This document shows, piece by piece, positions 28,829 through 38,107 of a stretch of DNA of 64,000 nt (its first letter is position 1; each line of letters opens with the position of its first letter). This DNA is from a virus. The DNA is taken from IMG/VR virus record IMGVR_UViG_3300020596_000014, positions 68,550 to 132,549 of that record, one strand, 5' to 3'. The notes beneath the pieces are model-generated. The model was not told the origin of the DNA and ran no database searches. It saw only the letters and a program-made list of their open reading frames with translations. The translations under genes and the position numbers were made by a program.

Positions 28829-29335
28829 ATGAAGCAGGATGAGCTTAGACGTCTGATTCGATGTGTTCTCGTTGAGAATGTTTTGTCTACTGCAATCAGC
28901 GAGGAGACGATGTTCGCACTTGGCGAATTTATTAGCGCGAACGAGTCTCTAGATCTTCATCAACACATGTATGCTTTGAAACCGTATGTAAAAGTTTACA
29001 CAAATCTTTACCGTGTGTGGATGCACCACGACTCAGATGTTTCGGTGGAAGAATTAGAAATCGAAGCAAAGCAACGTGAGTATCTGTCGAGCACATCGGA
29101 TGTCAATGCCATCACACGTATGCTTGATGATTTGGGCTCGAACGAGGACGTTGCAATCACGAAGTTCGACGGCGAAGGTTTTGATCCGTATGTTGTTCTG
29201 GGTGATGGTCTCCAGCTACACCCTCACCACTCGGAGGCAGCATACTTGCGCGCAGCATTGAAACAATACGCTTATCAAAAAGAGATCGTTGTTCTGCATA
29301 TTATCGGATCACAAGTAAAGATGAACAATCACTAG
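28829..29335 (+). CDS. Putative packaged protein, candidate R-S-E ADP-ribosyltransferase
   Basis: N-terminal 'ELRRLIRCVLVE', then 'LYR', 'SSTS' and 'QKEIVV' in ART order. TACCTA at 28817. Confidence 0.5.
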   Translation: MKQDELRRLIRCVLVENVLSTAISEETMFALGEFISANESLDLHQHMYALKPYVKVYTNLYRVWMHHDSDVSVEELEIEAKQREYLSSTSDVNAITRMLDDLGSNEDVAITKFDGEGFDPYVVLGDGLQLHPHHSEAAYLRAALKQYAYQKEIVVLHIIGSQVKMNNH

Positions 29336-29375
29336 AGAGAACTATTTCGAATACCACCCAGATAAGATTGGTCTC

Positions 29376-29687
29376 ATGAACACGCTCGACGACCTGCAGG
29401 ACGAGGTCAGCTGTCTGGCTGACAAGCTCACCCCGGAACTGTTGCCAGCGTTACTGGAGCGCATGCTGCAGCGAGATTGGATCATACCGTGTCATCGTCA
29501 TCTGAATCTCTTATTACCGTACATTGAAGCGCAGATTACGCTTACTCACGCTAAGCGCGTCTACTTTGACGATCATTCCGATTGTTTGAGGATCGCCGAA
29601 AACTACCATTTTAGCCTGAAGCGACGCAACGAAATTCGAAAAACCTATCGATCAACTCTGTGTACCTGCTGGGTACCGAAACACTGA
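29376..29687 (+). CDS. Hypothetical protein
   Basis: ORF with -10-like TAAGAT upstream. Confidence 0.5.
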   Translation: MNTLDDLQDEVSCLADKLTPELLPALLERMLQRDWIIPCHRHLNLLLPYIEAQITLTHAKRVYFDDHSDCLRIAENYHFSLKRRNEIRKTYRSTLCTCWVPKH

Positions 29688-29697
29688 AGAAATAACA

Positions 29698-30069
29698 ATG
29701 TCTGATCCGAACGAAACAAAAGATAGCAACGCAAAGAATCTTCTCGCGGAAGTTGCTGACAAGATCAAGGGTGCCGGCGATGACATCCGAAACCGTCTCG
29801 TCATGTCTATGGTCGAGAAAGAACTCGCAAGTCGCGTTGAGACACTCGACAAGGCCTTCCAGAAGCGCTACGAGCTGTTGATGAATCTCGGCAAAGTCAA
29901 TCGCGCCGACGAAGTCAAGAAGGACGGTGACGGGAAGATTATCTTAGAGTCCTACTCTGACGCTCGTCGTGAGGAGATCAAGAAGGCGAAGGAGACTCTC
30001 GATAAGCATGAGAACGCGCTTGAGAAAGCGCTGACGACGAACGACTTCGCCAAGCTCAAGGGCGGATGA
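29698..30069 (+). CDS. Hypothetical coiled-coil protein
   Basis: 123-aa charged helical ORF with genome-typical codon usage. Confidence 0.6.
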   Translation: MSDPNETKDSNAKNLLAEVADKIKGAGDDIRNRLVMSMVEKELASRVETLDKAFQKRYELLMNLGKVNRADEVKKDGDGKIILESYSDARREEIKKAKETLDKHENALEKALTTNDFAKLKGG

Positions 30070-30605
30070 TCATGAAGAAGACGTACACTCTCGCGCTCAA
30101 CTGCGGATACGCGGAAAACGCATCGCTCTCCTTCACACCGTTTACTTCGCATTTGAAGTACGCGAGTGCAAAGGACGCCTTACTTGATCTTGCAAACTTC
30201 TTCAAGGAGCAGTACGACGTCAAATTTGCAGCGCAAATCAAAACTTGCTGCAAGATAAACTTGTCTAAGAAGGATTCCGACGCGCAGTACTGCTCCAAGT
30301 GCGGGACCTTCCTATACGAAGAAGACACGTTTGATGACACCCTCGCGTTCGTTGAGTTTGTGAACGAGATCTGTCAAGCGGACTGCAACGCGTTTCACGG
30401 CGATTACATCGACTATGACGAGCAACATCGCTGGCAGCCAGAAGGTTTTGAGGAAGCTGTCGCGAACGGCTCGGTGCGTTTCGTTTACACGGCCGAGAAA
30501 GTCATGGCCGCTGCCATCGGTCAGACGCCCGATCACCGCGTGACCATCGATCAGATCTTCAAAGAACGCACCGGCAAAGGCAGCAAGAGCTTCTCATTCT
30601 GGTGA
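30066..30605 (+). CDS. Hypothetical protein with Zn-ribbon
   Basis: 'CC...YCSKCG'. ATGA-coupled. Confidence 0.6.
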   Translation: MIMKKTYTLALNCGYAENASLSFTPFTSHLKYASAKDALLDLANFFKEQYDVKFAAQIKTCCKINLSKKDSDAQYCSKCGTFLYEEDTFDDTLAFVEFVNEICQADCNAFHGDYIDYDEQHRWQPEGFEEAVANGSVRFVYTAEKVMAAAIGQTPDHRVTIDQIFKERTGKGSKSFSFW

Positions 30606-31102
30606 TAGATAATAGCATGGTCACTATCCTCATCCTTGCTTGGACTCTCGTTCTAGGGAGCTTTGTCGGCTACTGGATCCATCGTGGTCTGCATCAATCG
30701 TGGTCGGGCCCGTTTCATCGTGGACATATGGAACATCATCTCGAGCTCTACCCGACGACGAGACTCACGTCTGACATCTACGAGGTGAAGAAGTGGTATC
30801 ACAGCGGTCCTGTCCTCTTCACTCCTGGTGCCGTTGTCTTGCTCGTCGTCGGCGCTATTTTAACGTGGCTGCTCGGCGCATCGTTCTGGAACTTCCTTGT
30901 CTTCAGCTTCGGCTTAATGAGTTTTGGCCTGTTGAACGATTATGTGCACGACGCTTTCCACCTGCGTGTACATTGGCTACAAAAGTTACCGTTATTTCGT
31001 AAGCTTCGACGCCTTCACTTCCAACATCATTTCAACATGGAGAAGAACTTCGGCATCGTGTCTCTGCATTGGGACACAGTGTTCAAGACGAAGATGGACT
31101 GA
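30602..31102 (+). CDS. Fatty acid hydroxylase / sterol desaturase superfamily membrane di-iron enzyme
   Basis: His boxes 'HRGLH', 'HMEHH', 'HDAFH' and 'HFQHH' with transmembrane segments and C-terminal 'NFG....WD..F.T'. Confidence 0.85.
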   Translation: MIDNSMVTILILAWTLVLGSFVGYWIHRGLHQSWSGPFHRGHMEHHLELYPTTRLTSDIYEVKKWYHSGPVLFTPGAVVLLVVGAILTWLLGASFWNFLVFSFGLMSFGLLNDYVHDAFHLRVHWLQKLPLFRKLRRLHFQHHFNMEKNFGIVSLHWDTVFKTKMD

Positions 31103-31115
31103 GTATCTAGCCTTG

Positions 31116-32087
31116 ATGGAAATCAAGGATCTGCTTCGCAATGTCATCAAAGAGATGGTCGAGTCTCGCATCCGTGAGACTGACATCACAGACGGCTCAC
31201 GTGTCCAATTTGGTTCGCAGGAGCACATCACTGATCTTGAAATGCGGATTACTGATCTCGAGCGTTGGCGCGATCGTCAACGTCGTGGCAGCGAAGCTCG
31301 CGCGAACTACGCGCGATTGATTGGTCGTTTGCGCGCAGAATTGCGTTCAGCGAACCGCATCGCTAACCCAAACGCTTCTCCGTTGCCGATGATGGATGAG
31401 TCTGACGTAACTCTTGTTGGCGACAGTGGAAAAAAGAAGAAGAGGAAGACACGACAGTGCACGTCATGCAAGAAGCCGTTTGTCGCCACGCCAGCCGATG
31501 ACCTTGGGATGTGTCCCAAGTGCGGTGACGAGCCCGCCGCGTCGGCGAGAATGAGTGAGTCATACCCCGGCGCTCAAGCCGGGATGTGGGTTGTGAAGCA
31601 CAGATACGACGGTTACACCATCGGCTTCCCAACATCGGACTTCGACAAGGCACAATCTGTCGCTGACACACGCAACGACGTCGCGATTAACGGTGCCTGG
31701 GGACGTAATAACCCAACAGCTGATCCTCCCTACAAGGTCGTGCCGTACGAGTCTGAGGCACTGGGTGAGTCCGTCAACATGAAAGACCCCGAGTACTCGT
31801 CTATCGAGACGTTCGTACAGTTCTTGCTCGACGACGAGCGCGACAGCTACACACACGAGGAGCTGACAGCCCTCAATTTCCGTACACACATGCCTGTCAA
31901 CATGATTCGCAAGGAACTAGAAGGATACGGCTTGACGCTCGCGAACCGCCCTAATGAGAAGAAAGTGCGCGGATTCAGCTCAAACAGCAACGACCGCTGG
32001 TTCGGGCCTGGCTCGATGGCCACGCATGGCGGCGCCGGCATCGATCCTCAAACGGGTCGCGCTACGAGCGGTCGCGGTGACATCTGA
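31116..32087 (+). CDS. Modular hypothetical protein, putative internal head protein
   Basis: TATCTA at 31104. N-terminus 'IKDLLRNVIKEMVE'. Internal Zn-ribbon 'CTSC...CPKC'. Confidence 0.6.
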   Translation: MEIKDLLRNVIKEMVESRIRETDITDGSRVQFGSQEHITDLEMRITDLERWRDRQRRGSEARANYARLIGRLRAELRSANRIANPNASPLPMMDESDVTLVGDSGKKKKRKTRQCTSCKKPFVATPADDLGMCPKCGDEPAASARMSESYPGAQAGMWVVKHRYDGYTIGFPTSDFDKAQSVADTRNDVAINGAWGRNNPTADPPYKVVPYESEALGESVNMKDPEYSSIETFVQFLLDDERDSYTHEELTALNFRTHMPVNMIRKELEGYGLTLANRPNEKKVRGFSSNSNDRWFGPGSMATHGGAGIDPQTGRATSGRGDI

Positions 32088-32181
32088 TGACGGTCCGTTC
32101 TTTAGTACTAAGCTGAGTACAAAATCCAGGTAAACAATCTAGACGTGCGAGCAGCTTTGAATTTCGCGCCGCGAAAGAAGT

Positions 32182-32385
32182 CTACTTCAAGAAACTAAAC
32201 AGGCGCTTCACGTCGTGAATGACAAAGAGTGCAATCAGAGCAGTCAGAGCAAGCGTCGAAACGCCGGCGCCCAGTTCGCCCTTGCTGAACAGCACGACGG
32301 TCAGGATTAGACAGGCGATGACTGTGACGATCGTTGCAGCGGGTACCACGACATTACGGATGATTTCAGTGAACTTCATGCTCAT
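32182..32385 (-). CDS. Small two-TM membrane protein
   Basis: Two hydrophobic helices. Confidence 0.5.
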   Translation of the reverse strand: MSMKFTEIIRNVVVPAATIVTVIACLILTVVLFSKGELGAGVSTLALTALIALFVIHDVKRLFSFLK

Positions 32386-32625
32386 CCCTTTAGGACCGAG
32401 GTATGCTCGGTCAGCAGTCCGCGAGCCTTGGTGAGCTGCTTCGCGATGACTTGCTCCTCCTCGAGAAGCGTTTCGATGGGTTGGCCGGCGGCGGCGCAGA
32501 TAGCGATCTTGGACTTGATGACGGTGAGTTGCTCTTGTAGAGCTTCGAGGCGGGCGGACATGGTTCTAGATACGAGATTAGTGCCAAGACGACTAGATGA
32601 TGCCTGAGAGGCATACGATTAAGAC

Positions 32626-32874
32626 ATGCAAAAGTTCTGGCGCACTCTCTCCATCGTCTCTGTCTTGACCCCGTTCGGTTTCGCCGTTCTGTACGGTCTC
32701 GCTATCCTCTTCGCTCTGATCGGTTCGCTCGTCGTTGTCGACTCAATGTTACCGGTGACCATCTTGGTCTTCACGATCATTCTCTGGGCCTCCATCCGAA
32801 TCATTCGTGAAGCGGTCGAGTCTGTCAAGTACCTCTCTGTCTTCATCAAGACTACGTTCGGGGAGGATCCGTAG
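32626..32874 (+). CDS. Small membrane protein
   Basis: Hydrophobic segments. TACGAT -10-like element upstream. Confidence 0.5.
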   Translation: MQKFWRTLSIVSVLTPFGFAVLYGLAILFALIGSLVVVDSMLPVTILVFTIILWASIRIIREAVESVKYLSVFIKTTFGEDP

Positions 32875-32891
32875 ACGAGTAGTTAGTCAGT

Positions 32892-33446
32892 GTGACAACA
32901 CCGAAAGAGCAGCTTGAGATTGATCAGATAGGACCTGCTAGCAAGCTCCAAGTTGGTGATTTGTTTGTCTTCATTGATGGTAGCGACAGTAATCAGCACG
33001 AAGTGACACAGGATCTCGACTCACATTTTGAGTACGACGGGCGGGTCAACAAGAAGCTCACGAAGGACATGATGGTTCAACGCGTAGGCGCACCCAACCT
33101 GGGTGAACGCACAGCTCGCGCAGTCACCGCTCTCCAGACAGCCGTCAAGAGTCTGGAGCAGACGGGCAATGTACAGCAATGGGCAGTGATGATGTCAGAC
33201 GTGATCTCCCGTGTCGGCGCGAGCGGCATGCACGACGCGGTCCTGCCGCTTGAGAAGCTCGCGAAGCAAGGCAGTGCGGTGTTCGCAAAGGTGAGGCAAG
33301 CGCACAGGAAGTTGGCAGTCGATCAGCTCGTCCCCATGGTTAGGAAACGCTGGGCAGCTGACGTGACGAGCGTGATTCAGATCATTCACAACTCTTTGAT
33401 GGAAGACGTGCGACGGTTAGTCCGTGCCGTTCTCACGTCCCGCTAA
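32892..33446 (+). CDS. Hypothetical protein
   Basis: TAGTTAGTCAG upstream. C-terminal 'MEDVRRLVRAVL' resembles the shared helix motif. Confidence 0.55.
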   Translation: MTTPKEQLEIDQIGPASKLQVGDLFVFIDGSDSNQHEVTQDLDSHFEYDGRVNKKLTKDMMVQRVGAPNLGERTARAVTALQTAVKSLEQTGNVQQWAVMMSDVISRVGASGMHDAVLPLEKLAKQGSAVFAKVRQAHRKLAVDQLVPMVRKRWAADVTSVIQIIHNSLMEDVRRLVRAVLTSR

Positions 33447-33901
33447 CGCCAGGGGTTCTGACGGCATGCTGTGCAGTAAAAGACTTCCGAGTATTCGGTT
33501 CGCACGTCCTCATTGTATTCGTCGCACTTCTCACAGAATCGACCACGTTGCTGCTTGACTAACGCTCGAATGTGCAGGTCGGTGACGATCACATAATCTT
33601 CGTTCATGAATCGGCTTTCGATGGCGTACTCTGACATCATACGCTTGTTCACCCGTCCTGTCGGAAGGACATGTTTCATGTCACCGCCTGTCACAAGCAT
33701 CACACGCGAGCCCATCGCTTCACCGAGGATGCGCAGCTGTGCCACACTGTCATAATCGACACAATCCGTCTTGACAGGCTTACCGTGCTTGGTTGCAACC
33801 TGCACGATATCACCGACGACAACGTCTAGCACCCTGATCGGCGTCGCGTCAACTGTCTCACACAGGTCCGGAAAGAGATTCATACCAAGCATACCGAACA
33901 T
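33443..33901 (-). CDS. Hypothetical protein with C-terminal Zn finger
   Basis: 'CEKC...YCTAC'. Confidence 0.55.
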   Translation of the reverse strand: MFGMLGMNLFPDLCETVDATPIRVLDVVVGDIVQVATKHGKPVKTDCVDYDSVAQLRILGEAMGSRVMLVTGGDMKHVLPTGRVNKRMMSEYAIESRFMNEDYVIVTDLHIRALVKQQRGRFCEKCDEYNEDVRTEYSEVFYCTACRQNPWR

Positions 33902-33952
33902 GACTGGTCTCCGAGGCTTCTGCCCAAGATACGTAAGGGAGTTCGGAGAACG

Positions 33953-35209
33953 ATGACCACGTCTTTCGCTTCCATCCCTAATCCTACGCCGTACGGGTTC
34001 TTCAACTCGGATCCAATCTTCCAGTGGGAGGCCGATGCCGCCTACACGTGGGTCCGACGTCGACTCGGCGACGACGTCATCACAGTTGAACTGACAAAGA
34101 AGCAGGTCTGGTCCGCGTTGGAGGAGTCATTTCTCGAGTACGGACGGCTCGTCGGCCAAAATCAGATCACGTCACAAATGGCCTCCTTGCTTGGCATCAA
34201 TCAAGCCTTCTCAGGTAGCGTCGTCAACGGTCAACTCTCGTCGTCTTTCTCGATGACCGGTCTGTACCCTCAGACGTCGTTCGACTTTTTGATGCGTCAG
34301 GCTGACGCTTACGCTGCGTATGCGGGTCTCGGCGGCGTCTACGACAGCTATCTCACGTACATCGACACTGAGGTCGGTCGACAGGATTACAATCTGTACA
34401 CGGAGCTTCGTCGCGGCGACGGCCCACAGAGCGGATCTCTACTCATTGCCACCGTTCCGAGCGCCTCGATGGACAGTAAGATTCGTGTCTACGAGATGTT
34501 CCACTTCGAGCCGCTCGCCGGTCTGAGCTACCTGCTCAACGGTGCCACGCTCCAAAACTACCTCGCGACCGAATTCAGCTACGAATCATTCACGAACCCA
34601 TCCGTCTTCTACATGACACCCGTGTATGAGGATATTCTTAGGCGTGGCGCGGTCAAGACTGCCCACCGAGTTCGACGCTCGAACTACACGTACAAGATTC
34701 AGGGTCGCAACCTGCGCATCTTCCCCACACCGACCTACCAGAACGGCGCGAATCGTGTTTGGATGCGCGTGGCGCTCAACTTCGACAACTACAGTTCTAT
34801 CAATCCAGCAGAAGCTCCGTACGGTTACGGGACGAAGCTCGCCTCAAACGGGAAGATCGCGACTCCGGGCCAGGTCCCCATCACGATCGTGCCGCCGGCT
34901 TCAATCAACGAGGTAGGTCGTCAATGGGTTCGTCAGTACATGCTGGCGATTTGTAAAGAGACTCTCGGACGTGCGCGCAGCAAATTCGACACCATCCCCA
35001 TCCCGGGTAGCGAGCTCAAGCTAGACGGCGAGAAGTTGATCGGTGAGGCTCGTGAGGACATGGAAAAGCTAAAGACAGCCTTCCTCGAGTTCCTTGGTGA
35101 GTTGACATACGACCAGGTAATCGAGCGTGAGGCTAATAAGGCTGAGGCTCTCGCTCGCATCATGAAGTTCATGCCGATGCCACTTGGCAAGGGTCTATCG
35201 ATTCGGTGA
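33953..35209 (+). CDS. Neck protein (T4 gp13-like head-tail adaptor)
   Basis: 'RRLG..VI.VELT..Q' and 'WVRQY.LA..KE.LG..RSKF..IP.PG....LDG'. Confidence 0.8.
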   Translation: MTTSFASIPNPTPYGFFNSDPIFQWEADAAYTWVRRRLGDDVITVELTKKQVWSALEESFLEYGRLVGQNQITSQMASLLGINQAFSGSVVNGQLSSSFSMTGLYPQTSFDFLMRQADAYAAYAGLGGVYDSYLTYIDTEVGRQDYNLYTELRRGDGPQSGSLLIATVPSASMDSKIRVYEMFHFEPLAGLSYLLNGATLQNYLATEFSYESFTNPSVFYMTPVYEDILRRGAVKTAHRVRRSNYTYKIQGRNLRIFPTPTYQNGANRVWMRVALNFDNYSSINPAEAPYGYGTKLASNGKIATPGQVPITIVPPASINEVGRQWVRQYMLAICKETLGRARSKFDTIPIPGSELKLDGEKLIGEAREDMEKLKTAFLEFLGELTYDQVIEREANKAEALARIMKFMPMPLGKGLSIR

Positions 35210-35425
35210 CCTCGTAGATGGTCTCGTTCTCGATCAGTTTGAGAACGTCATTTTCGTACATGACTCCGGTTTCCCCGATTGATAAGTGATCGCTGAAGCC
35301 ACAAGACCAAACGATCTCAAAGGCGATGTTGCATTCATCGTGAGTCACTTTGAGATTCGCGAATCTCACAAACGCTATCTCCCCTTTATAGCCGATGCGA
35401 ACGAAGAGCTTACCGTCATAATCGT

Positions 35426-35851
35426 TCATCTTTTGACGCGAGTGAATCGCTCTCGCGTGCCGTCGGCGTGGTGGACGACGACTGTCTCGCGCATCGAATA
35501 AATCTCCCCAGATAATGAATCCTCGATGCTCTTCCCATAGATGGAAGGGGTAGACGTACCCTTATCGTTGCGCCAGATCGATGACCACCTGTCGCCGCAG
35601 CAATCGCAATCACGCCCTGTTGCGCAGCCGGCGAAGTAAACGCCGATTTTCTCGGCTCGCTGATTCGCTTCGTCGGCGGTGCGAGCGGCGATGATCACGT
35701 TCTCGCCGAAGTTGTCGTCAACGTGGAACACGCCGCGGCTGTTGTTTTGCCTGAACTCGTAGTACTTGACTTCACTAGTACCAAGCGGTAGAAGCGGGCT
35801 TTTGTCAAGCTTGCGCTCGATGATCAATGTTACAGACTTGGTGTTCGCCAC
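35426..35851 (-). CDS. Conserved phage hypothetical protein
   Basis: 'F.QNNS.G.F...IIAA...EAN..AE.IGVYF.G...G.DC.CCGDRW' is a motif recurrent in phage hypotheticals. Confidence 0.6.
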   Translation of the reverse strand: MANTKSVTLIIERKLDKSPLLPLGTSEVKYYEFRQNNSRGVFHVDDNFGENVIIAARTADEANQRAEKIGVYFAGCATGRDCDCCGDRWSSIWRNDKGTSTPSIYGKSIEDSLSGEIYSMRETVVVHHADGTRERFTRVKR

Positions 35852-36117
35852 GGCGGGTCGCCTTTCTCAATGTACGGGGTCGGGTTGCAGAGGGTAGGAA
35901 CGGAGATAACGAATGTCCCGCCGTCGAACTTGAAGATGACGGTGTCACGTCGCCGGACACATGGGCCACCACCGTACCCACCGCCACCGCCACCGTCCTC
36001 AACGGGAAGCTCACGATCATCCCAGACACTCGCGTCTTCGCGCTCGGTCTCAGACCCGTCAGTCGAGTCGCAGGCGACGAGTAAAGAAAAGAGTCCGATC
36101 GTGGTCCACGCTTTCAT
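35830..36117 (-). CDS. Putative lipoprotein
   Basis: 'MKAWTTIGLFSLLVAC' signal peptide with lipobox LVAC, followed by an acidic/Gly-rich linker. Confidence 0.55.
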   Translation of the reverse strand: MKAWTTIGLFSLLVACDSTDGSETEREDASVWDDRELPVEDGGGGGGYGGGPCVRRRDTVIFKFDGGTFVISVPTLCNPTPYIEKGDPPWRTPSL

Positions 36118-36158
36118 ATGGTCGAAGCATAGTTCGCTCCACGTACTTAGACGAGAAG

Positions 36159-36815
36159 ATGTCACGTTTTTTCATCACTCAACGAGAGCAGAATCTGATC
36201 TCGGACCTCACCAAAGAGATCTTCCGCGACATCGCGGGACAGGTGATCTACTACTACGCGATCTCCGAGGTAAAGACGCGCGCTCATGAGGTCTACAACG
36301 AGTCGCCTGAGAAGGTTTGGGACACACCGATCGAACTGCCGGCTCTCGTTGGGTCGCCTGTGAGTGAGACGAAGACCGACATCTTCGGCCCGGGCGTGCT
36401 GCAGAAACTCGAGGTATTCCTCCATTACCGCGATTTGCTTGAGATCGGTCTCGAAGTGTGCGACGGTGATTTCATCCGCTACGGCGATACGCTGTACGAG
36501 ATCACCAACATTGAGCGACTGAAGAATGTGTACGGTCACGCCGAGTCGCTCGACGGGTTAAAGTTGACATGCACCCAATCCCGCAAGGGTCAGATCGATG
36601 CGCCTCAGATCGGGCCGTCTGACATCATGTACTCCGACCCCAACGCGGTCAAGAAGGACTTCGAGCAGTCCCGCGGGAAGAAGATGCGCGACGACGAGCC
36701 GACCGGTGATAAGCGTGATCTGCAGGAGACTGGCGTACTAGAAGAGCCTATCGCCGGTCCGGCAAAGATCGTTGAGGACCCAACCGGCTCTGACTTCTAT
36801 GGAGACAAGTGGTGA
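36159..36815 (+). CDS. Neck/head-closure protein (T4 gp14-like)
   Basis: TACTTA at 36144, ATG at 36159. 'GQ.IYYY', 'VY.ES..K' and 'GDFI.YG...YEI'. Position between gp13-like and gp15-like genes. Confidence 0.7.
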   Translation: MSRFFITQREQNLISDLTKEIFRDIAGQVIYYYAISEVKTRAHEVYNESPEKVWDTPIELPALVGSPVSETKTDIFGPGVLQKLEVFLHYRDLLEIGLEVCDGDFIRYGDTLYEITNIERLKNVYGHAESLDGLKLTCTQSRKGQIDAPQIGPSDIMYSDPNAVKKDFEQSRGKKMRDDEPTGDKRDLQETGVLEEPIAGPAKIVEDPTGSDFYGDKW

Positions 36816-38023
36816 CAACTCGCTTCAACTCAGGTGACTCTCGAGGTGTTCCCTCGGGCTACGAAGGTAACGCCTCACCCGAGGACGTGCGCGTCCCGTC
36901 GTGCGGTCTCGAGGATCTCGACAAGGCTTTCTTTAAGGTCTTGCGCGACGGCGTCGCGTTCCAGATTGGCAATGACCCTTCGAAACAACAGAGGGTGCCC
37001 ATCGTCTTCGCCGTCGGCGAGAAGTGGAGCATGCTGAAGTCCGGTCGTGCCCTTCGTGACAAGAACAAGACGCTGATCCTACCGCTCGTCACCGTTCGTC
37101 GCGTGGGCATCGAGCAAGGAAAGGAAGACATCACCGGTCGGGGCATGAATCAACAGGTTGGACAGTACACTGTCCGAACCAAGCTCGACCCGCGTGACCG
37201 AGCCTATCAGAATATTCTCAACAAGCTTGCCCTGCCCAACTCTGTCGATGCCCCTGGCGAGCGTGAGTTTGACGAAGAGGGATCGCTAACGACGACTCGC
37301 GACGGCACGCAGGCGAACGCCAACGATGCTGACGTTCGCTCCGGAGGCCTGCTTGCGCCCAAGCTTGGCGTCAATGTGTGGCAGATTGTTACGCTCCCAA
37401 CTCCGCAGTTTTACACGGCGACCTTTGAGCTCACGATTTGGGCTCAATACACACAACACATGAATCAGATGTTAGAGAGACTGATGGTGTCGTTCCTGCC
37501 CACCGGTCGACGCACCCTGCGGCTCGAGACCGACAAGGGTTACTGGTTCGTCGCCTACTTCGACGAAGGTTACTCCTCGGAGGACAATGCTGACTCGTCG
37601 ACCGGCGAGGAACTCATTCGCAAGTACAAGTTGACTGTCAAGGTGCCGGGGTACATTGTCGAGTCCAACAGCCCAGGTACGCCTTCCGGCGTGCGAAAGT
37701 TTGTCTCGGCCCCGCAGATCTCGTTTGTGACCGGCGGAGAGCAGACTGACACGTTCTTCTCGAATGGCATCCCAGCCGACTCCGACCCGTACGCCGCGGC
37801 TGACGATCCAGATCGTGAATATTTACTCAACGACCCGAGTCAACACCCACAAAATCGTGTCGATCAGCTAGTTGAGCGGGTCGTCGTGAACACGGTGGTC
37901 AACCCGTTTACAGGTCGACGCGAGCCCGAGTACGCTCGGGTTATCAGCAGAAACACCTCAACCGGCGAATCTGTGCTCGTCCCAGACGATGGGATCGGAC
38001 TACGTATCTTGTCATCCAGATGA
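36809..38023 (+). CDS. Tail terminator / sheath stabiliser (T4 gp15-like)
   Basis: 'VPIVF...EKW', 'LPLVTV.R' and 'P......ELTIWAQY..HMNQ..E'. Directly upstream of the sheath. Confidence 0.7.
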   Translation: MVTTRFNSGDSRGVPSGYEGNASPEDVRVPSCGLEDLDKAFFKVLRDGVAFQIGNDPSKQQRVPIVFAVGEKWSMLKSGRALRDKNKTLILPLVTVRRVGIEQGKEDITGRGMNQQVGQYTVRTKLDPRDRAYQNILNKLALPNSVDAPGEREFDEEGSLTTTRDGTQANANDADVRSGGLLAPKLGVNVWQIVTLPTPQFYTATFELTIWAQYTQHMNQMLERLMVSFLPTGRRTLRLETDKGYWFVAYFDEGYSSEDNADSSTGEELIRKYKLTVKVPGYIVESNSPGTPSGVRKFVSAPQISFVTGGEQTDTFFSNGIPADSDPYAAADDPDREYLLNDPSQHPQNRVDQLVERVVVNTVVNPFTGRREPEYARVISRNTSTGESVLVPDDGIGLRILSSR

Positions 38024-38107
38024 TTCGTCTCTCTCTAGAGACGACTTCCTACCTACCGTCGCGTAGTTACGTACGGCGTCTCACAAACGCACAGGAGACA
38101 TCTAAGC

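Noticed and set aside
35969-35997. CCACCG short tandem repeat
   Set aside because: It encodes the poly-Gly linker of the minus-strand lipoprotein.
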